From Candidatus Lumbricidiphila eiseniae (GTDB lineage: Bacteria > Actinomycetota > Actinomycetes > Actinomycetales > Microbacteriaceae): a stretch of DNA of 64,000 nt. Of this stretch, positions 1 to 9,323 are shown piece after piece. Location of the stretch: NCBI GenBank assembly GCA_002529645.1, contig NAEP01000041.1, forward strand, positions 8,610 to 72,609, written 5' to 3'. The notes under the pieces are model-generated. The model saw only the letters and a list, made by a program, of their open reading frames with translations. It did no database searches and was not told where the DNA came from. A program made the translations under genes and the position numbers. Position 1 is the stretch's first letter. Each line of letters begins with the position of its first letter.

Positions 1-317
1 GGAGCATCCCGAGCGGAAGAATCGATGTGCGCTGTGGGGGCGAAGCCTTGTGGGTGATGCGCTCCTGATTGTGCGGTCGCTGCGGGGTGCGGTGAGCGCA
101 CCGGATGCTACGGTGCAGGGTTTTACCCACGTCATTACGCGGCACAGCCAGCGGATGGATGCGCTGGGATTGACTGCGTAGGACGAGGGGCTCTGCGCGG
201 TGCCCGCCGGCCAATCAGCTCGGCGGATCGCGCGTTGGCAGTTGTCGAATTCGCCTCCGGGGGCCGGATGTGCTTCCGGCAGTTGAATTCGCTTCCGGGC
301 ATCGGCCCCGTCGCTGG

Positions 318-614
318 TTAGTGACCGGGGTGCGCGAGCCTCTCGAAGAGAGCCGTATCGGCCCGTTCGCGTCGGGGGCCGAGGAAGATTCCGACGACGA
401 GTGTGGCCAGTCCACCCGCGAGGAGGGAGACGGCCCAAATCCATCCGCCGTCCCATTTCCAGCCAAGCCAGGTACACCCCACCCACACCGGGCCGGTCAC
501 AAAGGCACCGATGGTGGGAAGGATGGCGACCCCATAGGTGGGCCGCCACGGCAAGACACCACGGGCGATGAGGCCCAGGATGGCACCGCCAATCGTCACA
601 AACAGAAGTTCCAT
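318..614 (-). CDS. small integral membrane protein (possibly GlsB/YeaQ/YmgE-like)
   Basis: ORF 318..665 has three Gly-rich hydrophobic segments (FVTIGGAILGLIARGVL, GVAILPTIGAFVTGPVWV, WAVSLLAGGLATLVVGIFL). Start moved to ATG 614, which abuts the stop (616-618) of the upstream gene. Confidence 0.5.
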   Translation of the reverse strand: MELLFVTIGGAILGLIARGVLPWRPTYGVAILPTIGAFVTGPVWVGCTWLGWKWDGGWIWAVSLLAGGLATLVVGIFLGPRRERADTALFERLAHPGH

Positions 615-615
615 G

Positions 616-867
616 TCAGGCCACGAAGCCCACACGACGGGACTCTTCGGACCCGATCTCGACATACGCCAACGACGCAGTGGGGATCACGTAAATTGTG
701 CCCTTTTCATCGGTGAGGCTGAGCGTCTGCGAACTGCCCTGCAGTGCGGCATCAACCTTCTTCTGCACCTCTGCTGCGGGGAGGGAACTTGCGAAGCTCA
801 GTTCCCTGGAGGAGTGTTGGATCCCAATTCGAACGTCCACGTGAGCGCCTTTCTTCGTCAGAGACAC
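616..867 (-). CDS. DUF3107 domain-containing protein
   Basis: 83 aa. VDVRIGIQHSSRELSF...LSLTDEKGTIYVIPTASLAYVEIG matches my memory of the actinobacterial DUF3107 (TB9.4-like) family. Its position beside adnAB is typical. Confidence 0.75.
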   Translation of the reverse strand: MSLTKKGAHVDVRIGIQHSSRELSFASSLPAAEVQKKVDAALQGSSQTLSLTDEKGTIYVIPTASLAYVEIGSEESRRVGFVA

Positions 868-1009
868 CCTACGACACCGTGGGGACTGTCGGATGTATCT
901 CGGCTGAGTGTGGGCAAACAGGATGGTGCTGAGAGCGTACTTTGGGGAGTGGGCCTGGCCGAGACTGGGTTGTTAGGGCTGGAAGTTTAGGACTGGAATC
1001 CGGGGCCGA

Positions 1010-4000
1010 GTGTCGGTGGCTGGATGTACCGTGATCCCCATGTCAATCATCACCACCGATCACACTGCCACAGGCCATGGAATTGGTGCTCTTTCCCGCG
1101 GTGCGGGGGAGCGGGAAGACGGGTGTGTTGTGGAGCAGATGGTGGAAGTGATGTCCCCGGAGGTGACCAGCGAGGTGGACGCCGGTTTGGTGCAGGTTCT
1201 GGCCTTGGCTCCGGGTGAGCATGCGGCCGTGTTTGGTGTTCCGGGCAGCGGTAAGACGCGGGCTATTGTCGAGCTTGTTGCTGATCGCGTGCACCGGCGA
1301 GGCTATTCGAGTGATGAAATTCTCGTGCTGTCAGCCAGTCGTGTGGCGGCGAGCGAACTACGCGACCGCATTGAATTGCGGCTCGGAGTGCCCGGCCGAG
1401 GTTCGCGCGCGCGGTCGGCTGTCTCGGTCGCATTTGACATCGTGAAAACATTTACCGGGCAGAAGATCACGCTGCTCACGGGGGCGGAACAGGATCAGCT
1501 CATCGCCGAGCTTGTGGACAGTGGCATCCGGGACGGCTTTGGTCCGCAGTGGCCCGATGAACTGGGACCTGCCGTGCGGGTGTTGTCAGGATTTCGTGGC
1601 GAATTGCGTGATTTGCTCATGCGGGTCACCGAACAGGGGATGGACGCGGAGGAATTGGCGCAGCTTGGAGAGTGGGCGCAGCGCCCAGAATGGGTTGCCG
1701 CTGCCGCTTTTTTGACGGAGTATGAGAACATCAAGGCCGATGTGCGGCCGACCCAGTACGACTCGGTTGAACTTGTCATGTTTGCCGCAGACATTGTGCG
1801 GCGCAGTGGTGGTGACCCGACGGCAGAGGCAGCGCTGGGGTCACTCGCGGGTCTTCGGTTGTTAGTTGTTGATGATGCGCAAGAAGCCACTGAATCGACC
1901 GCTGCGCTGCTCGGCGCATTCGCCCAGCGTGGCTGCTCGGTGGTTGCCTTTGGTGATCCCGACATTGCAAGCAATGGCTTTCGCGGGGGGCGGCCCGATC
2001 TGCTCGGGTCGCTTCCACAGGTGCTGGATCGCACTGTCCGACGAATTGAACTGCCCACTGTGTGGCGAGGGCGGCCTGAATTGCGCGCCGTCGTCTCGGA
2101 GACAACATCCCTCATCGGGGCGGCCCTGGGAGGCACTCACCGGGTCGTGCAATTCCGGGGCGATGCCGAGTCGCAGGGTGTGGAGAATGGCTCAGTCACC
2201 CCCGAGCCAACCGTGCACCCGGACACTTCCTCGACCGAATCGGAGGTGCCGTCAGGGGGCAGTACTACTGTCGAGTCGGTCACACCCTCGTTTGCCGACC
2301 GGCTGCCACCGCTGCTGGGAATTGAAGCGCCCTCGCGACAGGTTGAGTGCCAGCAGATTGCGACACTGCTGCGTGAGCATCGATTGCGCAACGGCGTGCC
2401 CTGGTCTTCGATGGTCGTTCTTGTTCGGTCCGGTCGAGAGATCCCCGCTCTCGTGCGTCGACTCAACGCGGGAGATGTTCCCGCGACAACCGGGCGACCA
2501 CACGGTGCGCTGCGAGAGTCACCAGCCGCTGCGGCTCTGCTCGCGGTGACCAGTCTCGCCCTCTGCAACGAGGTAGCCACGGTTGACCAGATCGAAACGG
2601 TGCTGCTCGGACCTTACGGGGGACTCGACGGCATGTCACTGCGACGACTGAGACTGGCATTGCGACACGAGGAACTCGCTGCGGGTGGTACCCGGACAGC
2701 GGATGAGTTACTCGTCGAGGCCTTCGCTGCACCCGGTGGTTGTGAAACCCTCAGATCGTCGGCGGGGCGCCGAGCGGCGAAACTTGCCGTTCTCATCACG
2801 GGTGCTCGTCGACTCGCCACCGAGGGTGGATCAATTGATGAGATCCTCTGGCACCTTTGGCACGGCAGCGCTCTGGCGACCCACTGGGAACAACACACCG
2901 CGCACAACGGAATGCTCGCCGAGGAATCGCATCGAGCACTCGACGCGACAGTTGCACTGTTCGCCGTTGCACAGCGATTCGTGGAACGGGAACCCGACGC
3001 TCCTCCCACACGATTCCTCGAGACAGTCATGGGAAATGATCTGCCGGAAGATTCATTGGCACCCACCCGTCGAACCGAGAGCGTACTCGTGGCAACCCCC
3101 GCCGCTGTGCTCGGACGCGAGTTTGACATTGTCGTCATCGCCGGACTGCAAGAGGGAGTGTGGCCAAACCTCCGACCGCGCGGGCAGTTGCTTCACGCAC
3201 CGATGCTTCCGCTCGTTCGGTCGGCTGCGCGGGCGGGCGAACCCTGCCCACACCTGCCGGAATACAGCGAAGAACGCGCCCTTGTCCGCACCGATGAACT
3301 GCGACTCTTTGCGCTCGCGGTATCGCGCGCTCGTCGGCAACTTGTCCTCACATGCACCGCGAACGAGGAGGAGCAACCGTCACCGCTGATGAGCATTGTC
3401 GCGGCGCGGCGGGCTGCGACTCCGCGCTGGCCATTGCACCTGCGGGAACTGGTTGCCGCGCTGCGTCGGGAGGCGGTGGCAGGTGCCGGGGCGAGCGCGA
3501 GTGTCGCGAGCGAGGCACTCGCGAGACTCGCTGTGGCGGGTATTCCGGGGGCGCACCCCGCAGACTGGTACGGGCTGGCAGCACCATCGACGACGGCACC
3601 GCTAGCTGACCTTGACGATCCCAATGTGCTTGTGAGTGTGTCGCCTTCGCAGATCGCGCGGGTAGAGGAGTCCTCGCTGGCGTGGTTTGTCACCTACATC
3701 GCCGCTCCGGCATCGGGGCTCCCCGCGGCGATGGGCACCATTGTGCACGCAGCGGTAGAAGAGATAGCAGCGCGTACCGACGGGGCTCCCTTCGACGTGG
3801 CGCTCCTCAGTGCGGTTGACCGGCGTTGGCAGGAGCTTCGTCTCGAGAGCGGTTGGGCCTCCGAGCGTGACCGCGCACGAATCCGACAGCTTGCCGCATC
3901 GGCTGCCGCCTACCTAACCGCGTGCGTTGACGAAGGACGACAACTCTTGGTTTCCGAGCACCGATTCACGGCGGTCATCGACCGGGCCTGTCTCACCGGC

Positions 4001-4441
4001 ACGATTGATCGGGTAGAGATCTCCGCCGACGGTAGTCTTCAGATTGTTGACCTGAAAACCTCCAGCACGAAGTCCTCGGTGGCCGAAACCGCGCGACACG
4101 CCCAACTAGCGGCATACCAGCTCGCGGTGCGCGAGAGCGCTGACCTTGCTGACCGTCGCATCGGCGGCGCGAAACTCGTGTTCCTTGAGACCACGACGGC
4201 AAGACCGGACGCGAAAGAACCCGGCTTTACAGTGCGGGCACAGCAGCCGCTCACTCCCGAAGCGGAAGCAGAGTTCCGTGCCCGGCTGGGCGCTGTCGTC
4301 CGGGCAGTGTCGGGCACCACTTTCACCACACCCGTCGAACGAGACATCCATTCGCCGTTGGGATCGTGGGAGTTCTGGATTCACACCCTACCGGCGGTGT
4401 CCGCTGCGGAACAGCCGTGCATACTCGACGAGGAAGGCTGA
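1010..4441 (+). CDS. adnA: ATP-dependent helicase/nuclease subunit, AdnA-like (UvrD-like motor plus C-terminal RecB/PD-(D/E)XK nuclease)
   Basis: 1143-aa ORF with Walker A GVPGSGKTR and a C-terminal nuclease motif GTIDRVEISADGSLQIVDLKTS...AYQLA. It sits 10 nt upstream of the partner subunit. The true start may be nearer 1139-1151 (MVEVMSPE). Confidence 0.75.
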   Translation: MSVAGCTVIPMSIITTDHTATGHGIGALSRGAGEREDGCVVEQMVEVMSPEVTSEVDAGLVQVLALAPGEHAAVFGVPGSGKTRAIVELVADRVHRRGYSSDEILVLSASRVAASELRDRIELRLGVPGRGSRARSAVSVAFDIVKTFTGQKITLLTGAEQDQLIAELVDSGIRDGFGPQWPDELGPAVRVLSGFRGELRDLLMRVTEQGMDAEELAQLGEWAQRPEWVAAAAFLTEYENIKADVRPTQYDSVELVMFAADIVRRSGGDPTAEAALGSLAGLRLLVVDDAQEATESTAALLGAFAQRGCSVVAFGDPDIASNGFRGGRPDLLGSLPQVLDRTVRRIELPTVWRGRPELRAVVSETTSLIGAALGGTHRVVQFRGDAESQGVENGSVTPEPTVHPDTSSTESEVPSGGSTTVESVTPSFADRLPPLLGIEAPSRQVECQQIATLLREHRLRNGVPWSSMVVLVRSGREIPALVRRLNAGDVPATTGRPHGALRESPAAAALLAVTSLALCNEVATVDQIETVLLGPYGGLDGMSLRRLRLALRHEELAAGGTRTADELLVEAFAAPGGCETLRSSAGRRAAKLAVLITGARRLATEGGSIDEILWHLWHGSALATHWEQHTAHNGMLAEESHRALDATVALFAVAQRFVEREPDAPPTRFLETVMGNDLPEDSLAPTRRTESVLVATPAAVLGREFDIVVIAGLQEGVWPNLRPRGQLLHAPMLPLVRSAARAGEPCPHLPEYSEERALVRTDELRLFALAVSRARRQLVLTCTANEEEQPSPLMSIVAARRAATPRWPLHLRELVAALRREAVAGAGASASVASEALARLAVAGIPGAHPADWYGLAAPSTTAPLADLDDPNVLVSVSPSQIARVEESSLAWFVTYIAAPASGLPAAMGTIVHAAVEEIAARTDGAPFDVALLSAVDRRWQELRLESGWASERDRARIRQLAASAAAYLTACVDEGRQLLVSEHRFTAVIDRACLTGTIDRVEISADGSLQIVDLKTSSTKSSVAETARHAQLAAYQLAVRESADLADRRIGGAKLVFLETTTARPDAKEPGFTVRAQQPLTPEAEAEFRARLGAVVRAVSGTTFTTPVERDIHSPLGSWEFWIHTLPAVSAAEQPCILDEEG

Positions 4442-4450
4442 GAAATACCC

Positions 4451-7400
4451 GTGTCTGATGTGCGACAACTGTGTGCCTCGGCTCCTGACACGAGCCATCC
4501 TGTTCGCCCCCGTGGTGAACCTGATTCCGTCCGATCTCCCGGCAGAAACCAGTCAGCTGGAACTCTCGGCGCGGATCCCGGCGTTCCACCAACGCCCCTT
4601 TCTGCCGACACAATTGCGGACGCGCTGGGGTTGCACCGTCCAACCCCCGAACAGCGCATGGTGATCGAAGCCGATCCCCACGCGACCGCAATTGTGGTGG
4701 CGGGTGCGGGCAGCGGCAAAACCGAGACCATGGCTCATCGCGTCGTCTGGCTGCTGGCAAATTCGCACGTTGCCATTTCGGAGGTGCTTGGTCTCACGTA
4801 CACTCGCAAGGCCGCGAGCGAGCTGGCCTGCAGGGTGCGTGACCGGGTCCGACAGCTTGTGGCATCGGGACTAACCTCGCTTGAGCACGATCCGTATGAG
4901 TCCGCTGCAATGAGCACGTATCACTCGTTTGCGAGCACGATATATCGTGAAAATGCGCTGCTCATCGGCCACGAACCCGACGCCCTAGTACTGGGGGAAG
5001 CGGCGGCATGGCAGCTGGCACGGTCGCTCGTGATCGGTACGACTGACCCTCGTCTGGTTGACCTCGATGTCGCTCTCACCCCCGACAAGGTCACTGAGGC
5101 AGTGCTTTGCCTCAGTCGTGCGCTTGCCGACAACGTCACGATCGAAACGGATGTCGCCGCCATGGCGCGAGAATTCCTCCAACTATCGAACCTGCCGCGC
5201 GGCAATGATCGGATGACTCGCCCCCACTATGACTCGTTCCTCGGGGCGATTACCACCGTGCAGGCGCTGCCGCCGTTGCTAGATTTAGCGGAGCGGTTCG
5301 CTGCGCTAAAACGTGAACGCGGTTTTGTTGAATTCTCCGATCAAGTGGCACTTGCCCTGCAGATATGTGAAAAACACCCCGAGGTTGTTGCCTCGTATCG
5401 CGCTCGGTACCGAACCGTGCTGCTCGACGAATACCAGGACACCAGCGTTGTGCAAACACGTTTGCTTGCAACACTGTTCCGCGATCACCCGGTCATGGCG
5501 GTCGGCGACCCCGATCAATCAATCTACGGATGGCGGGGCGCAAGCGCCGCAAACCTCGCCCGCTTCGCACAAGATTTTTCCACCAGAGCCGTCGTTTCGG
5601 AGCCACACCGGAGTGCCCAGAAGCAGAAGAGGGCAACCGAATCGGGAAAAGAGGTCATGGAATTTAACCTCTCTGTGAGCTGGCGGAACCCAACATCGGT
5701 GCTTGCCGCTGCCAACACGATCATCGGCGCGAACGATTCGGGTCGTATCCGAAAACCGCTGCAGCCCGCCCCCAACGCTGTTGCTGGGCGATGTGAGGTG
5801 TCGTGGAGCAACACCATCGAAGAGGAGGCCGCAGCGGTTGCCGAATGGTTTGCAACCCGGTTGCGTCCCGCTCCCGGTCTGGAAATCGGGCAGCACGACG
5901 CGAACCTTCCCACCCCGCCCAGCGGTGCAGTGCTCTGCCGCACGACCAAACACCTGGAAACCTTCGCATCGGCCCTGCGTTCTGGCGGCGTGCCTGTTCA
6001 CGTGCTCGGAGTTTCCGGACTTCTCACCCAACCGGTCGTTGTCGACCTGATATGCACACTTCGAGTCATCAATGACCCCACCGCCGGATCCGAACTCGTG
6101 CGCCTACTCGCGGGTGCGCGCTGGCACATTGGTGTGGCCGATCTCGTCGCGCTCCGCAGCGTGGCGCGGTGGGTGGCACACCGCGACGCGACATCCCGAC
6201 AACTACCACCCGAGGTGAGCGCCCGGCTGCGCGAATCCCTCACCCGAGACGAGTCACTCTCCCTCGTTGACGCCGTCGATTTCCTCCTCACCGCGCCCGA
6301 CAGTCACCCACAATTACGCGATTTCAGTGCGACGGGACTAATACGAATTCGCCGTGCCGGGGCGCAACTACAGTCCCTGCGACGCCGACCGGGCCTCGAT
6401 CTGCCCGAACTTGTCCACCTCGTGCAACACGAACTGCTCCTCGACATTGAAGCGGCCGCAAACCCACAGCAGCCGCTCGGCCCGCGAAGCCTTGATGCGG
6501 TTGACGATCTTGTGTCCTCGTATCTGGATGTCTCAGAGAACCACACGCTCGGTGGTTTCCTCTCGTGGTTGCGAGAAGCAGAACGCCGTGACCGACTCAG
6601 CCCGCGAGCCGAAGAACCGGAGCCGGGCTCTGTGCAACTGCTCACCATTCACGGCGCTAAGGGGCTGGAATGGGACCTCGTTGCGGTTCCACGGATGGTT
6701 GCCGCAGAACTTCCGTGTGCGCCACGATCGACAAACGGGTGGTTACAATTTGGGCAACTGCCCCACGACTTTCGGGGTGACCATCGTGAGCTCCCCGAAC
6801 TCGCCTGGCGTGGCGTATCAACCCAAGCCGAACTTGACACCGCGATCAGTGACTACAAGCGTGCCAACAGCCAACGCTACGCCGAAGAAGAACGCCGCCT
6901 CGCCTATGTTGCCATCACGAGAGCCCGGTCAGAATTGTTGCTGTCGGGCTCGTGGTGGGCGGGACAGAAAAAACCACGCGGACCGGGCCAGTTTTTGAGT
7001 GAACTTGTGAAAAGTGGCGTTCTTGGTGCAACGCAATTGCCGTCAATCCCAGAATCGTCGACGAATCCCCGTACCAGCTCTGAGGCACGTCTGCAGTGGC
7101 CGCTTGATCCGCTCGGTGAGCGTCGTTCAGCGGTGGAGACCGCCGCCGCCGCGGTTACCGCAGCCATTGAACATCCCGGGCGTAACCTTGTGCATCCCGA
7201 CCTCGCCGAGCACCTTGATCTACTGCTCGCCGAGCATCTGAACGGGTATGACCCAATTGGTGCCACGACTCTGCCGATTCGGATCCCGGCATCGCACATG
7301 AAGAACTACCTCGATAATCCAGCCGCCCAGGTGCTGGCGCTTACTCGGCCTCTGCCCCGTCGTCCGTTCCGAGCGGCCCGGATCGGCACTATCTTCCATC

Positions 7401-8038
7401 AGTGGGTGGAAGAGCGTGCCGTGGCACGGGATGTTTCATTCGATGGGGTATCGGATAGCGCTGATGACGCACGGCTCGGTACAGCGGATGTCACTCCAGA
7501 AAAGTCCAGCACTGAGGAGCGTCTTGGTGTTCTCCAACGCACCTTTGCAGCATCCGAGTGGGGCCAGCGTCGGCCGACACACGTGGAACTGGAACTACAC
7601 CTTCCCCTCGCGGGCCGTATTTTCGTGTGCAAACTGGACGCTGTCTATGACGTGCCCGCCGACTCAGAGCTTGCCGCACGCGGCATCCGTGAACAGATCG
7701 TGGACTGGAAAACCGGTCGTGCGCCGCGGGATCCGCGTGAACAAGAACTTCGGCAGACCCAGCTTGCGCTATACCGTGCGGCCTACGCTCGGTGGCGCGG
7801 TATCAGCCCCGACACCGTTGACGCGGTGTTCTACCACGTCGATGACGACCTGGTTGTTCGTCCAGAACGACTCTACGATGAGGATGAGCTGCGGGAAGCC
7901 TGGGAAGCGGTCGAAAATACAGTCTCGTCGCCGCTTGCCACCGCTTTTTCACCCTCATCAGTGTCTGATGTTTCCTCATCCCAATTCGCGAGATCAAGCA
8001 CTAAGGGGGTGGTCGATTCGAGGTCTGGGAACGAATAG
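4451..8038 (+). CDS. adnB: ATP-dependent helicase/nuclease subunit, AdnB-like
   Basis: 1195-aa ORF with UvrD motif I AGAGSGKTETMAHRV, LLDEYQDTS and GDPDQSIYGWRGA, plus a C-terminal nuclease motif FVCKLDAVYD...IVDWKTGR...QLALYR. Confidence 0.8.
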   Translation: MSDVRQLCASAPDTSHPVRPRGEPDSVRSPGRNQSAGTLGADPGVPPTPLSADTIADALGLHRPTPEQRMVIEADPHATAIVVAGAGSGKTETMAHRVVWLLANSHVAISEVLGLTYTRKAASELACRVRDRVRQLVASGLTSLEHDPYESAAMSTYHSFASTIYRENALLIGHEPDALVLGEAAAWQLARSLVIGTTDPRLVDLDVALTPDKVTEAVLCLSRALADNVTIETDVAAMAREFLQLSNLPRGNDRMTRPHYDSFLGAITTVQALPPLLDLAERFAALKRERGFVEFSDQVALALQICEKHPEVVASYRARYRTVLLDEYQDTSVVQTRLLATLFRDHPVMAVGDPDQSIYGWRGASAANLARFAQDFSTRAVVSEPHRSAQKQKRATESGKEVMEFNLSVSWRNPTSVLAAANTIIGANDSGRIRKPLQPAPNAVAGRCEVSWSNTIEEEAAAVAEWFATRLRPAPGLEIGQHDANLPTPPSGAVLCRTTKHLETFASALRSGGVPVHVLGVSGLLTQPVVVDLICTLRVINDPTAGSELVRLLAGARWHIGVADLVALRSVARWVAHRDATSRQLPPEVSARLRESLTRDESLSLVDAVDFLLTAPDSHPQLRDFSATGLIRIRRAGAQLQSLRRRPGLDLPELVHLVQHELLLDIEAAANPQQPLGPRSLDAVDDLVSSYLDVSENHTLGGFLSWLREAERRDRLSPRAEEPEPGSVQLLTIHGAKGLEWDLVAVPRMVAAELPCAPRSTNGWLQFGQLPHDFRGDHRELPELAWRGVSTQAELDTAISDYKRANSQRYAEEERRLAYVAITRARSELLLSGSWWAGQKKPRGPGQFLSELVKSGVLGATQLPSIPESSTNPRTSSEARLQWPLDPLGERRSAVETAAAAVTAAIEHPGRNLVHPDLAEHLDLLLAEHLNGYDPIGATTLPIRIPASHMKNYLDNPAAQVLALTRPLPRRPFRAARIGTIFHQWVEERAVARDVSFDGVSDSADDARLGTADVTPEKSSTEERLGVLQRTFAASEWGQRRPTHVELELHLPLAGRIFVCKLDAVYDVPADSELAARGIREQIVDWKTGRAPRDPREQELRQTQLALYRAAYARWRGISPDTVDAVFYHVDDDLVVRPERLYDEDELREAWEAVENTVSSPLATAFSPSSVSDVSSSQFARSSTKGVVDSRSGNE

Positions 8039-9114
8039 CTGTCGGTCAGCATTGCTGTGCCGGAATCCTCGGGGTGGAAGCTCTGGGTATCGGTGCGACG
8101 GTTTTGCGCATCGGGGTGAAGGTTCTGTGGAACCCTGGTGAGCAACCGCTCCACCTCGTCGACGCTGAGGGCCTCACCGCTATCTGAGAGGAGTGTGTCA
8201 CTGACTCGGTCATGAACCTGTGATACGAGAGCATCAAGCAGAACCACCGCATCGTTAGTAACGGCAAGATCATGCGTATCGATTCCGTGTAGCAACCACC
8301 GCGCGAGTTCGAGCTCCGCGTAGAGAAGTGCCCGCCGAGTGATATTTTCGTCGACATCACCGCCGCGTGCCGCGAGGTACGTTGTGAGCGCGTGTTCGGT
8401 CGCGGTCCCAGACGAGGTCATTAGCCAGTGCAGATCACGAGCTGGATCATCCACCGACAGGCCCGACCAACCGACAACGCCAACAACAGTGTGCCCGTAA
8501 ACGAGTATCGAATCCGCAGAAAGAGTGCCATTGACGACGGTCTCGTGGAAGTGCCAGAGCATCGCATCGTCGGTGGCTTCCTCCCAGCGACGGATGAGTG
8601 CGGCAGGAATGCGCCCGGTATCGGCGGCTCGGCCAATGAGCTCAATAACCGTGGAGCGGGCGTTAGTGGCCCGATGCTGCGGCAAGCCAGACTCGATCAC
8701 GAACCCGGTTGGGAGAGCGTGGATCGCGGCGATCATCTGACCAATCGATTCCGCCAGCCGATTCGTGGCCGTGAGCTCATCCGCGCTAAACACCGAGCCC
8801 GCGAGGAAATCCGTGACAACAGCGCGGGTATCCTCGGTAGGAATTTGGCCGACGTACCGTGGCACCGTGAACGGCAACAGCGATCGGATGCCCGGTGTCA
8901 ATGCACGCAACGCTCCCAGGTCGGCGGACTGCTCGACCTCGGCCACAGCCGAGGTCGGGATCCGAACGAGCAACTCATGACCCTGGGTATCGGTGACCAC
9001 GACCGCGTCATACAGGCCTGCACCGGCTCGGGTGTGCGCTCGGGCTGCCTGCACCCGCAGCCCCGGCACCGCGGCCGTCGCCAACGCCGCTAGAGTGAGG
9101 GAAGGTCGTGCCAT
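7873..9114 (-). CDS. phosphotransferase family protein (APH/choline-kinase-like fold)
   Basis: ORF 7873..9219. Kinase-fold core VVNGTLSADSILVYGHTVVGVVGWSGLSVDDPARDLHW with a long acidic/Ser-rich tail. Start moved to ATG 9114 (MARPSLTLAAL). Confidence 0.6.
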   Translation of the reverse strand: MARPSLTLAALATAAVPGLRVQAARAHTRAGAGLYDAVVVTDTQGHELLVRIPTSAVAEVEQSADLGALRALTPGIRSLLPFTVPRYVGQIPTEDTRAVVTDFLAGSVFSADELTATNRLAESIGQMIAAIHALPTGFVIESGLPQHRATNARSTVIELIGRAADTGRIPAALIRRWEEATDDAMLWHFHETVVNGTLSADSILVYGHTVVGVVGWSGLSVDDPARDLHWLMTSSGTATEHALTTYLAARGGDVDENITRRALLYAELELARWLLHGIDTHDLAVTNDAVVLLDALVSQVHDRVSDTLLSDSGEALSVDEVERLLTRVPQNLHPDAQNRRTDTQSFHPEDSGTAMLTDSYSFPDLESTTPLVLDLANWDEETSDTDEGEKAVASGDETVFSTASQASRSSSSS

Positions 9115-9323
9115 GGCACTCAGCCTAAGCAGACTCGCCGCGACTGGCCGGGTACGCCACGCCTTCTGTCGTATCTCCTGTGTCATACCCGGTGAGGAAG
9201 GTGCTGTGTTCGCATCCATCCGGTCACATCACCCCGCGACATCCCCACACCGCCACCCCAGTGCCGCCTCACCCCATCTCACCGCCATTTCGCCCCACCC
9301 CACCTCACCCCCGCCCCACCGAC

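Noticed and set aside
2-181. An open frame at the left edge (…GDALLIVRSLRGAVSAPDATVQGFTHVITRHSQRMDALGLTA stop), possibly the 3' end of a gene.
   Set aside because: Only 59 codons are visible with no recognisable motif, so a call cannot be supported.
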